From: Bifidobacterium breve
GTDB lineage: Bacteria > Actinomycetota > Actinomycetes > S36-B12
Length of the DNA: 59,155 nucleotides
Assembly: GCA_945901095.1 (NCBI GenBank)
Contig: CAMDKQ010000002.1
Span: 1-59,155 of the forward strand
Direction of reading: 5' to 3'
Under the pieces are notes generated by a model. That model saw only the letters and a program-made list of their open reading frames with translations, was not told the DNA's origin and did not search any database. Shown here piece after piece: positions 19,275 to 26,999 of the stretch. Every line of letters begins with the position of its first letter. Position 1 is the stretch's first letter. The position numbers were made by a program, and so were the translations under genes.

Positions 19275-19738
19275 TCGGTGAAGTGCTCGACCTGATAGCC
19301 GGCCGCGACGAGAGCCGCCACGACTCGTTCGTCGTCGTCAATGACGAGACCGACTCCCTGCGGACCTCCGAGGCCAGCAAGCACCTCCAGCTTGAACAAC
19401 GATGCGGCTCGATAATCACGATTGGGGCGCAGGTACAGCGGAACACTCGGTACACCTACTGCATGAAGCCACGAGGTTGTCGCGGCGCGCGTGTGCTCAG
19501 GACGACCGGAAAGCAGGACGCAGGGCTTCAGCTGGAGCATCTGCATCAGTCGGTCGATTCCCACCTTGATCGGGGCGTCATCGGCGAGCATCGCGAAGAA
19601 CGACGCCCAGTCCTTTGGGCTCGATTCCAGGTGATGCTCGCGATGACGGCTGTCGGAGAGGACGCCGTCGATGTCAAAAACAATAATCGTGTCGCTGGGC
19701 ATGTTTGTGTCGCTGGGCATGTTTGTGTCGCTGGGCAT
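19271..19738 (-). CDS. HAD-superfamily phosphatase (polynucleotide-phosphatase-like) with triplicated N-terminal MPSDT(N) unit
   Basis: DxD motif IIVFDIDGVLSD. Three in-frame ATGs arise from the 18-bp repeat. The most upstream repeat ATG (19738) sits 7 nt after a TAGGTT -10-like hexamer. The track start at 19789 falls in the AT-rich promoter region. Confidence 0.7.
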   Translation of the reverse strand: MPSDTNMPSDTNMPSDTIIVFDIDGVLSDSRHREHHLESSPKDWASFFAMLADDAPIKVGIDRLMQMLQLKPCVLLSGRPEHTRAATTSWLHAVGVPSVPLYLRPNRDYRAASLFKLEVLAGLGGPQGVGLVIDDDERVVAALVAAGYQVEHFTD

Positions 19739-19739
19739 G
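19687..19739. repeat. 18-bp tandem repeat (about 2.9 copies) containing the start codon
   Basis: GTCGCTGGGCATGTTTGT occurs at 19691-19708 and 19709-19726, with a partial GTCGCTGGGCATG at 19727-19739. On the minus strand it encodes MPSDTN-MPSDTN-MPSDT. Confidence 0.95.
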
Positions 19740-19881
19740 GGCGCGAACCTAGCGCCTGAATATGACGGCGATGAATTGACATAATGCACATTATCGGCGA
19801 TTTATCATTGTCGCGAGTGGCTCTATTCCGTTCAGGACCGCATGACATGATCGCCGATCTAGTGGAAGAAGGATCAACGTC

Positions 19882-21414
19882 ATGGAGATCAACCGTCGAC
19901 GATTCCTCGGCATGTCCGGCCTTGTCGTCGCTGCGTCCGTAGTCCCGATGAGCGCCGGATGCGCCCTCATCCGTGATGATGACGGACTGACAGCCTTGGC
20001 TTCCGATTTCGACGGAACGATCCTGCTGCCAAACGATCCCGGTTTCTCCCTTGCGGCATGGCCGAACAACGCGAATTACGCCGGGGTAATTCCGAAGGCC
20101 GTGGCCATCTGCGTCAGCACCGCCGACATCAGTCGATGCATCAGTTGGGTGCGTGACACCGGCAATGAGTTTGCGATCCGATCCGGGGGTCACAACTACG
20201 CCGGCTTCTCGACGACGACGGGCCTGCTCGTTGACGTTCGTTACATGAATGCCGTGACATTCGACCCTGGCACCGGACTCGTTCAGATCTCCGCTGGTGC
20301 GAACAATCAGGAGGTTGCCGATTGTCTTCGACCGCATGGTGTCTCGTATCCGGCCGGCCGCTGCCCGACAGTCGGCATCAGTGGACTCATTCTGGGCGGC
20401 GGTTGGGGCTTTTCCGCAACGCGCCACGGAGCCACCTGCGATTCCCTCGTTGCCACAGATGTGGTGCTTGCGGATGCCTCGGTCGTGACCGCAACTCTTG
20501 AGTCGAATGCCGACCTTTTCTGGGGTGTGAGAGGTGCTGCCGGCGGAAATCTTGGAGTGAACACCGGATTTTCACTCAAGACGTACGCAGCGCCTGACGT
20601 GACAGTGTTCAACCTCTCGTGGCCTCCGGTGAAGCAAATCGAGCTTATGGATGCACTCCAGTCCATGCAGATCGATCACCCAACGGACCTGTCGACACGC
20701 TCGAAGATCGTCATGTCCGTCGCCACGTCCAATCCAACCCTTGAGCAATTGTGCGTGACAACAACCGGGCTCTACTGGGGGTCGAAGGCCGATTTCATGG
20801 AGATCCTTCAGCCGGTGCTGGCCATCGCGATGCCGGTCCCTGACGGCGACCAGACGGGCGTACCGCGCACCGAGCGCTCCGGCCCAGTGAAGCGGGATGG
20901 GTCCATCTTGGAACTCGGCTACTGGGAGGGGCGGGACTACTTAGCAACAAATGATCCGCAGGGTCTTTACGTGTCGAAGAGCAGCTTCGTCGGGGAGCGC
21001 CTGAGTATTGAGGGGCTGAACGAGATGCTGTCTTGGATGAGGCGTTGGCCAGGTGGCTCGCTTGCGCAGTTGAACATGGGGCTGATGTTCGCCTTCGGTG
21101 GTGCGGTGCGCGATTTGCCGACCGACGCGATGGCATACGTCCATCGTGAATCGAACTTCATGTTTCAGATAGAGCCCGAATGGACGCCAAGGGACTCCCC
21201 CGAGACGGTGGCCACCATGACCTCTTGGATGGCTGACTACTGGGCGGCCATGCAGGGGTACATGCTCCCCCAGTCTTACCAGAACTTCCCTGATCGCAGC
21301 CTCGATGACTTTGCTAGTGCCTACTACGGGACGAACCTTCCCCGGCTTCAGGAGGTGAAGCGCGCCTACGATCCGGACAACGTCTTCTCATTTGCCCAGA
21401 GCATCCCGATCTGA
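19882..21414 (+). CDS. FAD-linked oxidase, berberine-bridge-enzyme-like, with twin-arginine signal peptide
   Basis: Tat motif NRRRFLGMSGLVVAASVV followed by SAGC (possible lipobox or cleavage site). FAD_binding_4-like IRSGGHNYAG. C-terminal BBE motif YDPDNVFSFAQSIP. Confidence 0.85.
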   Translation: MEINRRRFLGMSGLVVAASVVPMSAGCALIRDDDGLTALASDFDGTILLPNDPGFSLAAWPNNANYAGVIPKAVAICVSTADISRCISWVRDTGNEFAIRSGGHNYAGFSTTTGLLVDVRYMNAVTFDPGTGLVQISAGANNQEVADCLRPHGVSYPAGRCPTVGISGLILGGGWGFSATRHGATCDSLVATDVVLADASVVTATLESNADLFWGVRGAAGGNLGVNTGFSLKTYAAPDVTVFNLSWPPVKQIELMDALQSMQIDHPTDLSTRSKIVMSVATSNPTLEQLCVTTTGLYWGSKADFMEILQPVLAIAMPVPDGDQTGVPRTERSGPVKRDGSILELGYWEGRDYLATNDPQGLYVSKSSFVGERLSIEGLNEMLSWMRRWPGGSLAQLNMGLMFAFGGAVRDLPTDAMAYVHRESNFMFQIEPEWTPRDSPETVATMTSWMADYWAAMQGYMLPQSYQNFPDRSLDDFASAYYGTNLPRLQEVKRAYDPDNVFSFAQSIPI

Positions 21415-21415
21415 T

Positions 21416-22396
21416 GTGTGTGGCATACCCTCCGCGGCCGAGGCGTGTTCATCGTTGACAACCGTTACACCACCGTCGGAGGTCGATATCGGCCGACGAG
21501 TGAGCATACGAATCGTCGCGGATGATGGCCGCAGCCGCGACCTCGTCGGAATGCTCACGGACCTGATCACGGTCTGCGGGCGCGATGGATCGGGCAGGCA
21601 GTTTGATCCGGCCGCCATATCTCACTGGCGCCTCATTCCTGAGCGTGCTGCCCGAGCAGGGACCGGTGCACCGTTAAGCGTTCGTGTTCGGGAACTTGAG
21701 ACAGCGATGGCGGACACTTGGCCCGCTGAGGTGACATTGAGGCACGGCGAGTGGCTTCTGCAGGCATCGACCGGCACCACGCAGCGGGCGAACTCGGCGC
21801 TGCCTCTCGGAATGCCCCTTGGCACTGTCGACGATGTCATCGCGCAGGTGACCGAGTTCTCTCAGGCGCAGGGAATCATTCCAGCTATTCAAGTGCCTCT
21901 CCCAACCGACGAGGACCTCGATCAACTCCTTCATTCACTCGGTTGGGCCGCTAACGGCGATACCCATGTGCTCGTTCACGACACCCGCGCACTGATGCCT
22001 CCTGATGCCGAGATGTTGATTCGACACGAGGACGAGCCGTCGAACGACTGGCGATCTGTCCCAGGATTCGACGAGGCGGCGAGCATCATGCGGCGATACC
22101 CCGCCGACTATGCATCGATCTGGCTCGACGGGCAGGCAGTGGGTGCTGGTCGCATCGCCATCGCTAACGATTGGGGCGTCATCAGTCCGGTGTTCGTGGG
22201 CGATGAGCACCGTCGATGTGGCATCGGCACCGCCGTTGTGCAGGTACTTGCAGCGATCGTACGGGACTCCGGTGTCGACCGACTGGCAGTCTCGGTGAGC
22301 GCCGATAACGCTGAGGCTCTCGCACTGTACGGCAGCCTCGGATTCAGGAAGCACCACATGTATCGTCATCGGATACTTACTGAGCGAAGTGTCTAG
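21416..22396 (+). CDS. GNAT-family N-acetyltransferase with N-terminal extra domain (Rv0428c-like architecture)
   Basis: C-terminal acetyl-CoA motif RRCGIGTAVVQVL...NAEALALYGSLGF. Start uncertain: GTG at 21416 sits just after the upstream stop, and the track start at 21392 overlaps it. Confidence 0.75.
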   Translation: MCGIPSAAEACSSLTTVTPPSEVDIGRRVSIRIVADDGRSRDLVGMLTDLITVCGRDGSGRQFDPAAISHWRLIPERAARAGTGAPLSVRVRELETAMADTWPAEVTLRHGEWLLQASTGTTQRANSALPLGMPLGTVDDVIAQVTEFSQAQGIIPAIQVPLPTDEDLDQLLHSLGWAANGDTHVLVHDTRALMPPDAEMLIRHEDEPSNDWRSVPGFDEAASIMRRYPADYASIWLDGQAVGAGRIAIANDWGVISPVFVGDEHRRCGIGTAVVQVLAAIVRDSGVDRLAVSVSADNAEALALYGSLGFRKHHMYRHRILTERSV

Positions 22397-22404
22397 GGAG
22401 CGTC

Positions 22405-22668
22405 ATGACCACCAGCCCTGATCCATTTGATGACATTGTTCTCGATGAGAACTTCATCGCGGGCGGCCCAAGGGAAGCGGCCGCCGATGAGCGCATCGCA
22501 AAAGCGTCGCGCATCGCGCGCGGAAACGATCGCCTTGCCGCTGCAGGCGAGATCGCCGATGGCACGGGGAAGCCCGGCTACCGGCGGTTACGTCGGTCGA
22601 CCCCGTGGATCCTCATCGGCGTTGTCATTGCGGTCGCCATCGTGGCGGTGGCCCTTCTCGTGCGCTGA
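22405..22668 (+). CDS. hypothetical small C-terminally anchored membrane protein
   Basis: 87 aa with an acidic N-terminus and a C-terminal TM segment WILIGVVIAVAIVAVALLV. It starts 9 nt after the GNAT stop. GC3-rich codons. No recognisable family. Confidence 0.45.
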   Translation: MTTSPDPFDDIVLDENFIAGGPREAAADERIAKASRIARGNDRLAAAGEIADGTGKPGYRRLRRSTPWILIGVVIAVAIVAVALLVR

Positions 22669-22715
22669 CAACGCCGGGACGACTCCCCCGCGACCCATCG
22701 AGCCCACTCATATAT

Positions 22716-22744
22716 TTGATTGTTCAACTAATTTTTGATAAAAT
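22716..22744 (+). promoter_or_regulatory. sigma-70-like promoter (TTGATT-17 nt-TGaTAAAAT) for a probably leaderless dioxygenase mRNA
   Basis: -35 TTGATT at 22716-22721, a 17-nt spacer, and an extended -10 TGA-TAAAAT at 22736-22744. The ATG at 22751 begins 7 nt after the -10 and no RBS is present. This is the most AT-rich patch of the window. Confidence 0.5.
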
Positions 22745-22750
22745 GACGCG

Positions 22751-23554
22751 ATGGATCATGTAGGTTGGAAGCCGGGTCATCCGGCGCTTCCCGCGCTCTT
22801 TCTGGGCCACGGGGCCCCACCGCTCCTTGACGATCGTCGCTGGACCACTGAATTGTCTGCCTGGGCAGCGGCGCTCCCGAAGCCCGCGGGCATCCTCATT
22901 GTGTCGGCCCACTGGGAGCAGGCGCCGGTCAGCCTGTCTGCGACAGCGGCCGCCACTCCCCTCGTCTACGATTTCGCAGGATTTGCCCCGAGGTTCTACG
23001 CCATGACGTATTCGACGCCCGATGCGTCGGCGCTCGCGGAGCTCATCCGTTCCGTCATGCCCGACAACGAACCCGTCCACCAGCACCTGTCGAGGGGGCT
23101 CGACCATGGTGCGTGGGTGCCATTGCGCGTGATGTACCCATCGGGAGACATCCCGGTCTTCCAGATGTCGCTCCCAACCGATGACCCGTCACGTCTGATC
23201 GCGCTTGGCGGCCGACTGCGGGTCTTGAGAGAACTCGGTGTCCTTGTCATTGGATCGGGGTTCCTTACCCACGGGCTCCCCTATCTTCGCGATTGGAGCC
23301 CGGCAGCTGCGCCACCCAGCTGGAGCGTCGATTTCGACCTATGGGCGACAGACGTGGTTCGCCGCGGCGACCTCGATGAACTCTCCAACTTTCGCAAGGC
23401 CGCTCCCGGCATGCCCTACGCCCATCCCACCACCGAGCACTTCACCCCGATATTCGTTGCACTGGGCGCCGCGTCACCCCTCGGACTGACACCGAAGGAA
23501 ACGATTGACGGGTACTTCTACGGCCTCGCCAAGCGGTCGTTCGAAATCCTCTAG
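22751..23554 (+). CDS. class III extradiol ring-cleavage dioxygenase (LigB/YgiD, DOPA 4,5-dioxygenase-like)
   Basis: PALFLGHGAPPLL, VSAHWE and GSGFLTHGL motifs typical of the LigB/YgiD family. 267 aa. Confidence 0.85.
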   Translation: MDHVGWKPGHPALPALFLGHGAPPLLDDRRWTTELSAWAAALPKPAGILIVSAHWEQAPVSLSATAAATPLVYDFAGFAPRFYAMTYSTPDASALAELIRSVMPDNEPVHQHLSRGLDHGAWVPLRVMYPSGDIPVFQMSLPTDDPSRLIALGGRLRVLRELGVLVIGSGFLTHGLPYLRDWSPAAAPPSWSVDFDLWATDVVRRGDLDELSNFRKAAPGMPYAHPTTEHFTPIFVALGAASPLGLTPKETIDGYFYGLAKRSFEIL

Positions 23555-23755
23555 CTCCGAAGGATCCGTACAGCCTCGTGAATGTTTCAGCGCCGAAATG
23601 TTCGAGGAAGGTAAAGATTCATCCGCGACCCCGAATGAGGGAACCAGCGCCCGAACTGCCGCGTCAAAGGCTTAGTTACCGCAACAAATCGGTTATCGAG
23701 GCACAAGCCAACGCGGTGCACATGGCAACTCTAGGCAAACGAAGGGAGCACGTTG

Positions 23756-24121
23756 ATGATGCAAACCACGATGCGCGGAAGCCGACTCGGGTCCGTCAGT
23801 TACGAAAACGATACTCACATGTCATTCGCCGAACGACAGATGGTGCGGTACGACTGCCCGCAGGGGCACCACACCGTCATTCCGTTCTCTGTCGAGGCAG
23901 AGGAAATCCCACTCACCTGGTCCTGCCGATGCGGGCACGAGGCGGAGGTCGTCACCCGGGTCGCGAATCTCGCTGTCCCCGATGACCGACCCGAGCGGCA
24001 TATTCGCAGCCACTGGGACATGCTGCTCGAGCGGCGCACGATCGCAGATCTCGAACTGCTCCTCAAGGAGCGGATCGCCCTGCTGCACCAACATGATCGC
24101 GAGCAGCGAAAAAGCGCCTAG
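23756..24121 (+). CDS. rbpA: RNA polymerase-binding protein RbpA (Cys/His zinc-type)
   Basis: RGSRLGSVSYENDTH...RQMVRY...IPLTWSCRCGHE...HWDMLLERRTIADLELLLKERI is collinear with RbpA. Candidate starts TTG/ATG/ATG at 23753/23756/23759 follow RBS GAAGGGAG. Confidence 0.85.
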   Translation: MMQTTMRGSRLGSVSYENDTHMSFAERQMVRYDCPQGHHTVIPFSVEAEEIPLTWSCRCGHEAEVVTRVANLAVPDDRPERHIRSHWDMLLERRTIADLELLLKERIALLHQHDREQRKSA

Positions 24122-24127
24122 CCCCGA

Positions 24128-24658
24128 CTAGCCCGACCCGACCTCACCCGATGGCCCGGCACCCGCTGGGCCATCGGTGTGTCCAGGTTGATTCGGCTGC
24201 TCTGGGTGATTCGGCTCGGTGTCCGTGGTAGGTATGACCGTTCCCTTGATGACATCGGACGCGCCGAATGATGGCGGCCGCAAACCACCGGCCGTTGATG
24301 TGAAGGCGGTCACCCGCGGGCCATATTTCCTGCGAACGAGGCGCTGTATGGGCGCAAGGAGGAGAAGGAGACCTGCGAGGTCGCTCCACAGGCCCGGCAC
24401 GGCGATGAGTGCACCGGCGAGGAACGACAGTGCATGGGTGCCGGCCGAGCCGTCGGGGATCCGACCATCGCGTGATGCCTCCCGCATGCTGGCGAATGCG
24501 GAGCGTCCGGCCCGTGACATGACGGTGAACCCGATGGGAATACCGGCGATGAGAATCAGGAATGTCCAGCCCCACCCAATGAGCCGGGCTACGGCGATGA
24601 TCGTGAGGATCTCGAGGAGCGGATAGCCGAAGACGACGAGTCGCCGACGAAGCGACAC
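24128..24658 (-). CDS. fxsA: FxsA-family membrane protein
   Basis: VSLRRRLVVFGYPLLEILTIIAVARLIGWGWTFLILIAGIP is FxsA-like. The GTG at 24658 lies 2 nt after the ppm1 stop. The track start at 24751 overlaps ppm1. Confidence 0.8.
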   Translation of the reverse strand: MSLRRRLVVFGYPLLEILTIIAVARLIGWGWTFLILIAGIPIGFTVMSRAGRSAFASMREASRDGRIPDGSAGTHALSFLAGALIAVPGLWSDLAGLLLLLAPIQRLVRRKYGPRVTAFTSTAGGLRPPSFGASDVIKGTVIPTTDTEPNHPEQPNQPGHTDGPAGAGPSGEVGSG

Positions 24659-24660
24659 CG

Positions 24661-25452
24661 TCAGGTCACCCTTGTGGGCGCACCGTTGCGGGCAGCCTTG
24701 CCACGAACTCGAGCGAGTTTGTCGTCGACGCCCCAGCAGGTTACCCGCCACAGCGCCTCAACCACGATGCGCTGGCTCATCTTGCTCGTGCCAGCGGTCC
24801 GTTCAACGAATGTGATGGGGACCTCCTCGACGCGCAGACCCCGCTGGACAGCCCTCCAGGCGAGATCCACCTGAAAGCAGTAGCCCTGCGACACGACATC
24901 CTGGAGATCAAGCGCGCGTAGTGCGGTGGCGCGAAACGCCCGATAGCCGCCGGTCGCATCGCGGAGGGGCATGCCCAACATCGTGCGAGTGTAGGCATTG
25001 CCACCCCGAGAGAGAATCTCGCGGCTCTTCGGCCAGTTGACGACGCCACCTCCCTTTACCCATCGTGAGCCAAGAACGAGGTCGGCATTTCGAAGCGCTG
25101 AGAGGAGGTCTGGCAACTGCTCCGGCTGGTGGGATCCGTCGGCGTCCATCTCGACGATGACGTCGTACCCCGCCTCGAGCGTGCTGGCGAAGCCCGCAAG
25201 ATAGGCCGCGCCGAGGCCCTCCTTGCCCTTTCGATGCATGACCTCGACGTTGGAGTCATTGGCCGCAATGGAATCGGCGAGTGCACCGGTGCCATCGGGT
25301 GAGTTGTCATCGATGACGAGCACATGCGCCTCAGGGACGGCGGATCTCACACGCGCCACGATGGTAGGAAGGGTCAGGAACTCGTTGTAGGTCGGGATGA
25401 TGACCACGATGCGCCCGAGATCGGCAAAGGGGGCTTCGATCGGCGAGTTCAC
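24661..25452 (-). CDS. ppm1: polyprenol-monophosphomannose synthase (GT2)
   Basis: VIIPTYNE, VIDDNSPDGT and EMDADGSH GT2 motifs. GTGA overlap with the upstream lnt gene. Confidence 0.85.
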   Translation of the reverse strand: MNSPIEAPFADLGRIVVIIPTYNEFLTLPTIVARVRSAVPEAHVLVIDDNSPDGTGALADSIAANDSNVEVMHRKGKEGLGAAYLAGFASTLEAGYDVIVEMDADGSHQPEQLPDLLSALRNADLVLGSRWVKGGGVVNWPKSREILSRGGNAYTRTMLGMPLRDATGGYRAFRATALRALDLQDVVSQGYCFQVDLAWRAVQRGLRVEEVPITFVERTAGTSKMSQRIVVEALWRVTCWGVDDKLARVRGKAARNGAPTRVT

Positions 25453-26999
25453 TCTGGCAGTCTAAGTCGTCTCGTCTGTCGTTCACGTGCGACCGCCACA
25501 CCACTGGCAATGAGTGCTGCCGCTGCCAGCATCGAAGCGATGAGACTCGGAAGGCCGCTCAGCCGAGAGGCGAGTGTGAGCTGACCGCGAAGCGGCACGG
25601 TTTCGACGGCAGAGCCGGCATCGCCCTCCCCCATTTGGCTCATGTCGGACCCGTTGGGCCTCAGAATTGCCGAGATCCCGCTTGTGGCGGCGACAGCCAC
25701 CGTTCGACCAGTCTCGATGGCTCGCATTCGCTCAATGAAGAGTTGCTGCATCGGTTGGGCGGTTCCAGCGTACGTTGCGTTGTTCGTCTGGACGGTGATG
25801 ATCCTCGCCCCACCGCCGATGATCCCGGCGATGACATCGTCGTAGGCGACCTCAAAGCAGATGACGTCTCCGACAACGATGCCGCCGACATCAAGGAGAC
25901 CGGGGACATCTCCGGGGATGAAGTCACGGGGAATGCGATCCAGGCGGTCGGTGAGTCCCTCCAGCTGGGTGCGAAACGGAATGTACTCGCCGAACGGAAC
26001 GGGGTGAGTTTTCACATAGCGCTCCCCCGGTCCAGTGAGCGGATCCCAGACAATTCCGAGGTTCCAGACCCCGTCGGGGTTATCAGGTACTTCGACGACG
26101 GCCCCAACAATGATCGGTGCGCCAACCGCATTCGCCGCAGCGGAGATCGTCGCTGCCGCCTCGAGGTTGACGTAGGGATCGATGTCGGCGCTGTTCTCGG
26201 GCCACAGGACGAAGTCGGGTTGCTCGACGGTGCCTGCATCGATCTGCCGACCGAGGGCCATTGTCTCGCGCACATGGTTGTCAAGCACAGCCCTTCGGAC
26301 GTCCATGGCTCCCATGCCCGTCTGCGGGGTGCCTCCCTGTACGACGGCCACGACGGCCGTCGAAGATCCACCGACTGTATCGCCCTCAAGGGCCAGGGGG
26401 ATGAGACCGGGCATGACTGCGACCACCGCCGCAAGCACCGACCAGACGACAAATCTCGGGCGGTGTCGAGTCCGAAAGGCGATGACGGATGCCACGACGG
26501 CACACCCGGCCAGTGCTAGGGCAAACGTCACTCCGGCCTGACCGAGCAATACGGCAATCTTGCCGAATGAGGTGTCCGGCTGAGCAAAGGCGAGCCTGCC
26601 CCAGGGGAAGCCACCAAAGGGGATCGCCCCACGGAGCGACTCCTGCAGAACCCATAGGCAGGCGACCCAGACTGGCCAACCCGGTAGCCGAGTGACGAGG
26701 GCGGTACCTACACCGAGGAGCGCGATCCACCCAGCGCAGTAGCCGGCGAGGAGGAGCCAAGCGTCGATCCCGATCACCTGCATCCATGAGATGAGGAGAC
26801 CGAAGAAGGTCATCCCGGTGATGAACCCGGCCAGCAGTGCACGCCTCACCGGTGCCCGGTACTGCGCCATGACGAGGAGTGCGACGGCGACGGCGGCATA
26901 GGGACCGAACGACACCGGTGGGAATGCGAGCCACATGATCACGCCTGCAGCGAAGGCGAGCAGGACGCTGATGCGAGCGGAGACAAGCGGACCGTTCAT
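25449..26999 (-). CDS. lnt: apolipoprotein N-acyltransferase
   Basis: Multi-TM N-terminal half plus a CN-hydrolase domain (FVLWPENSAD, catalytic Cys in VICFEVAYDD). The ATG at 26999 forms an ATGA overlap with the amidohydrolase stop. The track start at 27170 is an Arg-rich over-extension. Confidence 0.85.
   Translation of the reverse strand: MNGPLVSARISVLLAFAAGVIMWLAFPPVSFGPYAAVAVALLVMAQYRAPVRRALLAGFITGMTFFGLLISWMQVIGIDAWLLLAGYCAGWIALLGVGTALVTRLPGWPVWVACLWVLQESLRGAIPFGGFPWGRLAFAQPDTSFGKIAVLLGQAGVTFALALAGCAVVASVIAFRTRHRPRFVVWSVLAAVVAVMPGLIPLALEGDTVGGSSTAVVAVVQGGTPQTGMGAMDVRRAVLDNHVRETMALGRQIDAGTVEQPDFVLWPENSADIDPYVNLEAAATISAAANAVGAPIIVGAVVEVPDNPDGVWNLGIVWDPLTGPGERYVKTHPVPFGEYIPFRTQLEGLTDRLDRIPRDFIPGDVPGLLDVGGIVVGDVICFEVAYDDVIAGIIGGGARIITVQTNNATYAGTAQPMQQLFIERMRAIETGRTVAVAATSGISAILRPNGSDMSQMGEGDAGSAVETVPLRGQLTLASRLSGLPSLIASMLAAAALIASGVAVARERQTRRLRLPE

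Noticed and set aside
24661-26999. Split ppm1 / lnt as a novelty
   Set aside because: Separate but overlapping (GTGA) lnt-like and Ppm synthase genes are the common arrangement I recall in non-tuberculous actinobacteria. The fused form in M. tuberculosis is the exception.
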